NCBI GenBank assembly: GCA_043799675.1
Contig: JAZDNN010000028.1
Location: 1 to 38,284, forward strand
DNA from: Candidatus Aenigmatarchaeota archaeon
GTDB taxonomy: Archaea; Aenigmatarchaeota; Aenigmatarchaeia; Aenigmatarchaeales; JACQIB01
Direction: 5' to 3'
Length of the DNA stretch: 38,284 nt
Shown: one piece after another, positions 37,692-38,284 of the stretch
Position numbering within the stretch: the first letter of the stretch is position 1
How the letters are laid out: each line of letters begins with the position of its first letter
Made by a program: the position numbers and the translations under genes
Notes under the pieces: generated by a model
Databases searched by the model: none
What the model saw: the letters and a program-made list of their open reading frames with translations, nothing else
Told to the model about the DNA's origin: nothing

Positions 37692-38284
37692 ACGAAGTTC
37701 TTCATGAATGAGAGTTCAGACCTGATTTTTCTGGTCGAGGAATGGGTGGCGATGGCAAGTTCCTGACAGAGACCGTTATCGGCTGCAAACTGCAGCCTCG
37801 GCTGCCTGTAACTTACAAAGCGGTTGTCGGGCTTCGAGCGGATGGACGAAAAGCCGGCGAGCATGCTCGCGCTGTTCCTCGTCCTGTGCCTTGTCGCGTT
37901 GAAGCGGCTCAGCAGCTCGAAGGCGGCCGCCCTCTCACGCGGGTCGATGAACTCGTTCGGGATGTTCTCCTCTATCCACCACATGAGCGAGGACGGGTCC
38001 TTGTCGCAGCATTCCATGGCGGCCTTGGCAACGGACGGGGGGCCGTGGAATACCGAGCGCAACGTCTCGAACACGGTGCTGCTCCTGTCCCTTGAAGCCA
38101 TTCCGCTGTCGAGGTCTATCATCGCCGCGCGGATGTCCCCTCCGGCAAGTTCCGCAAACGCCTTTATCGGTGCCTTCGGCTGGATGTTTTCCTTGCTCGC
38201 TATTTCGGCCAGGGTGCCTTCCATCGCGAAGGCGGGAATCTTCTTGAAACTAACGATTTCGCACAATTGCCTGACGGTCCTCAG
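37679..38284 (-). CDS. rfcL: Replication factor C large subunit, C-terminal part (5' end outside the window)
   Basis: GGDIRAAMIDL, RDR...FETLRSVF, WIEENIPNEF; frame open to the window edge. Confidence 0.85.
   Translation of the reverse strand: MRTVRQLCEIVSFKKIPAFAMEGTLAEIASKENIQPKAPIKAFAELAGGDIRAAMIDLDSGMASRDRSSTVFETLRSVFHGPPSVAKAAMECCDKDPSSLMWWIEENIPNEFIDPRERAAAFELLSRFNATRHRTRNSASMLAGFSSIRSKPDNRFVSYRQPRLQFAADNGLCQELAIATHSSTRKIRSELSFMKNFVQAD

Noticed and set aside
1..38284. tRNA, rRNA, CRISPR array, transposase or integrase
   Set aside because: None recognised by eye; intergenic gaps are short and no regularly spaced repeats were seen (covariance-model search not run)

Overview
Archaeal chromosomal segment. 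It carries TBP, MCM, aIF-2beta, an RPA32-like OB protein, RFC large subunit, GatDE and diphthine-ammonia ligase; the compact, reduced proteins suggest a DPANN-type lineage (inference). It also holds a copper-export cluster and a glmS-glmM-glmU amino-sugar operon. The standout signal is in glmS: the conserved LEYRG|YDS motif is interrupted by a 31-nt insertion (21179-21209) that creates an in-frame stop and a frameshift. The insertion folds into a bulge-helix-bulge-like structure, and the standard cut positions restore the frame exactly, so it is a candidate splicing-endonuclease-type mRNA micro-intron. A free-standing, AT-rich double-motif LAGLIDADG gene ends 2 nt before the glmS start, suggesting an endonuclease/micro-intron mobile unit. 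Other notable items: a secreted C25-like peptidase gene that captured the upstream region and first 15 codons of a small neighbouring gene, an (AT)5 tract frameshifting a beta-lactamase-like gene, a GatE lacking its insertion domain, and a stand-alone RNase III domain.
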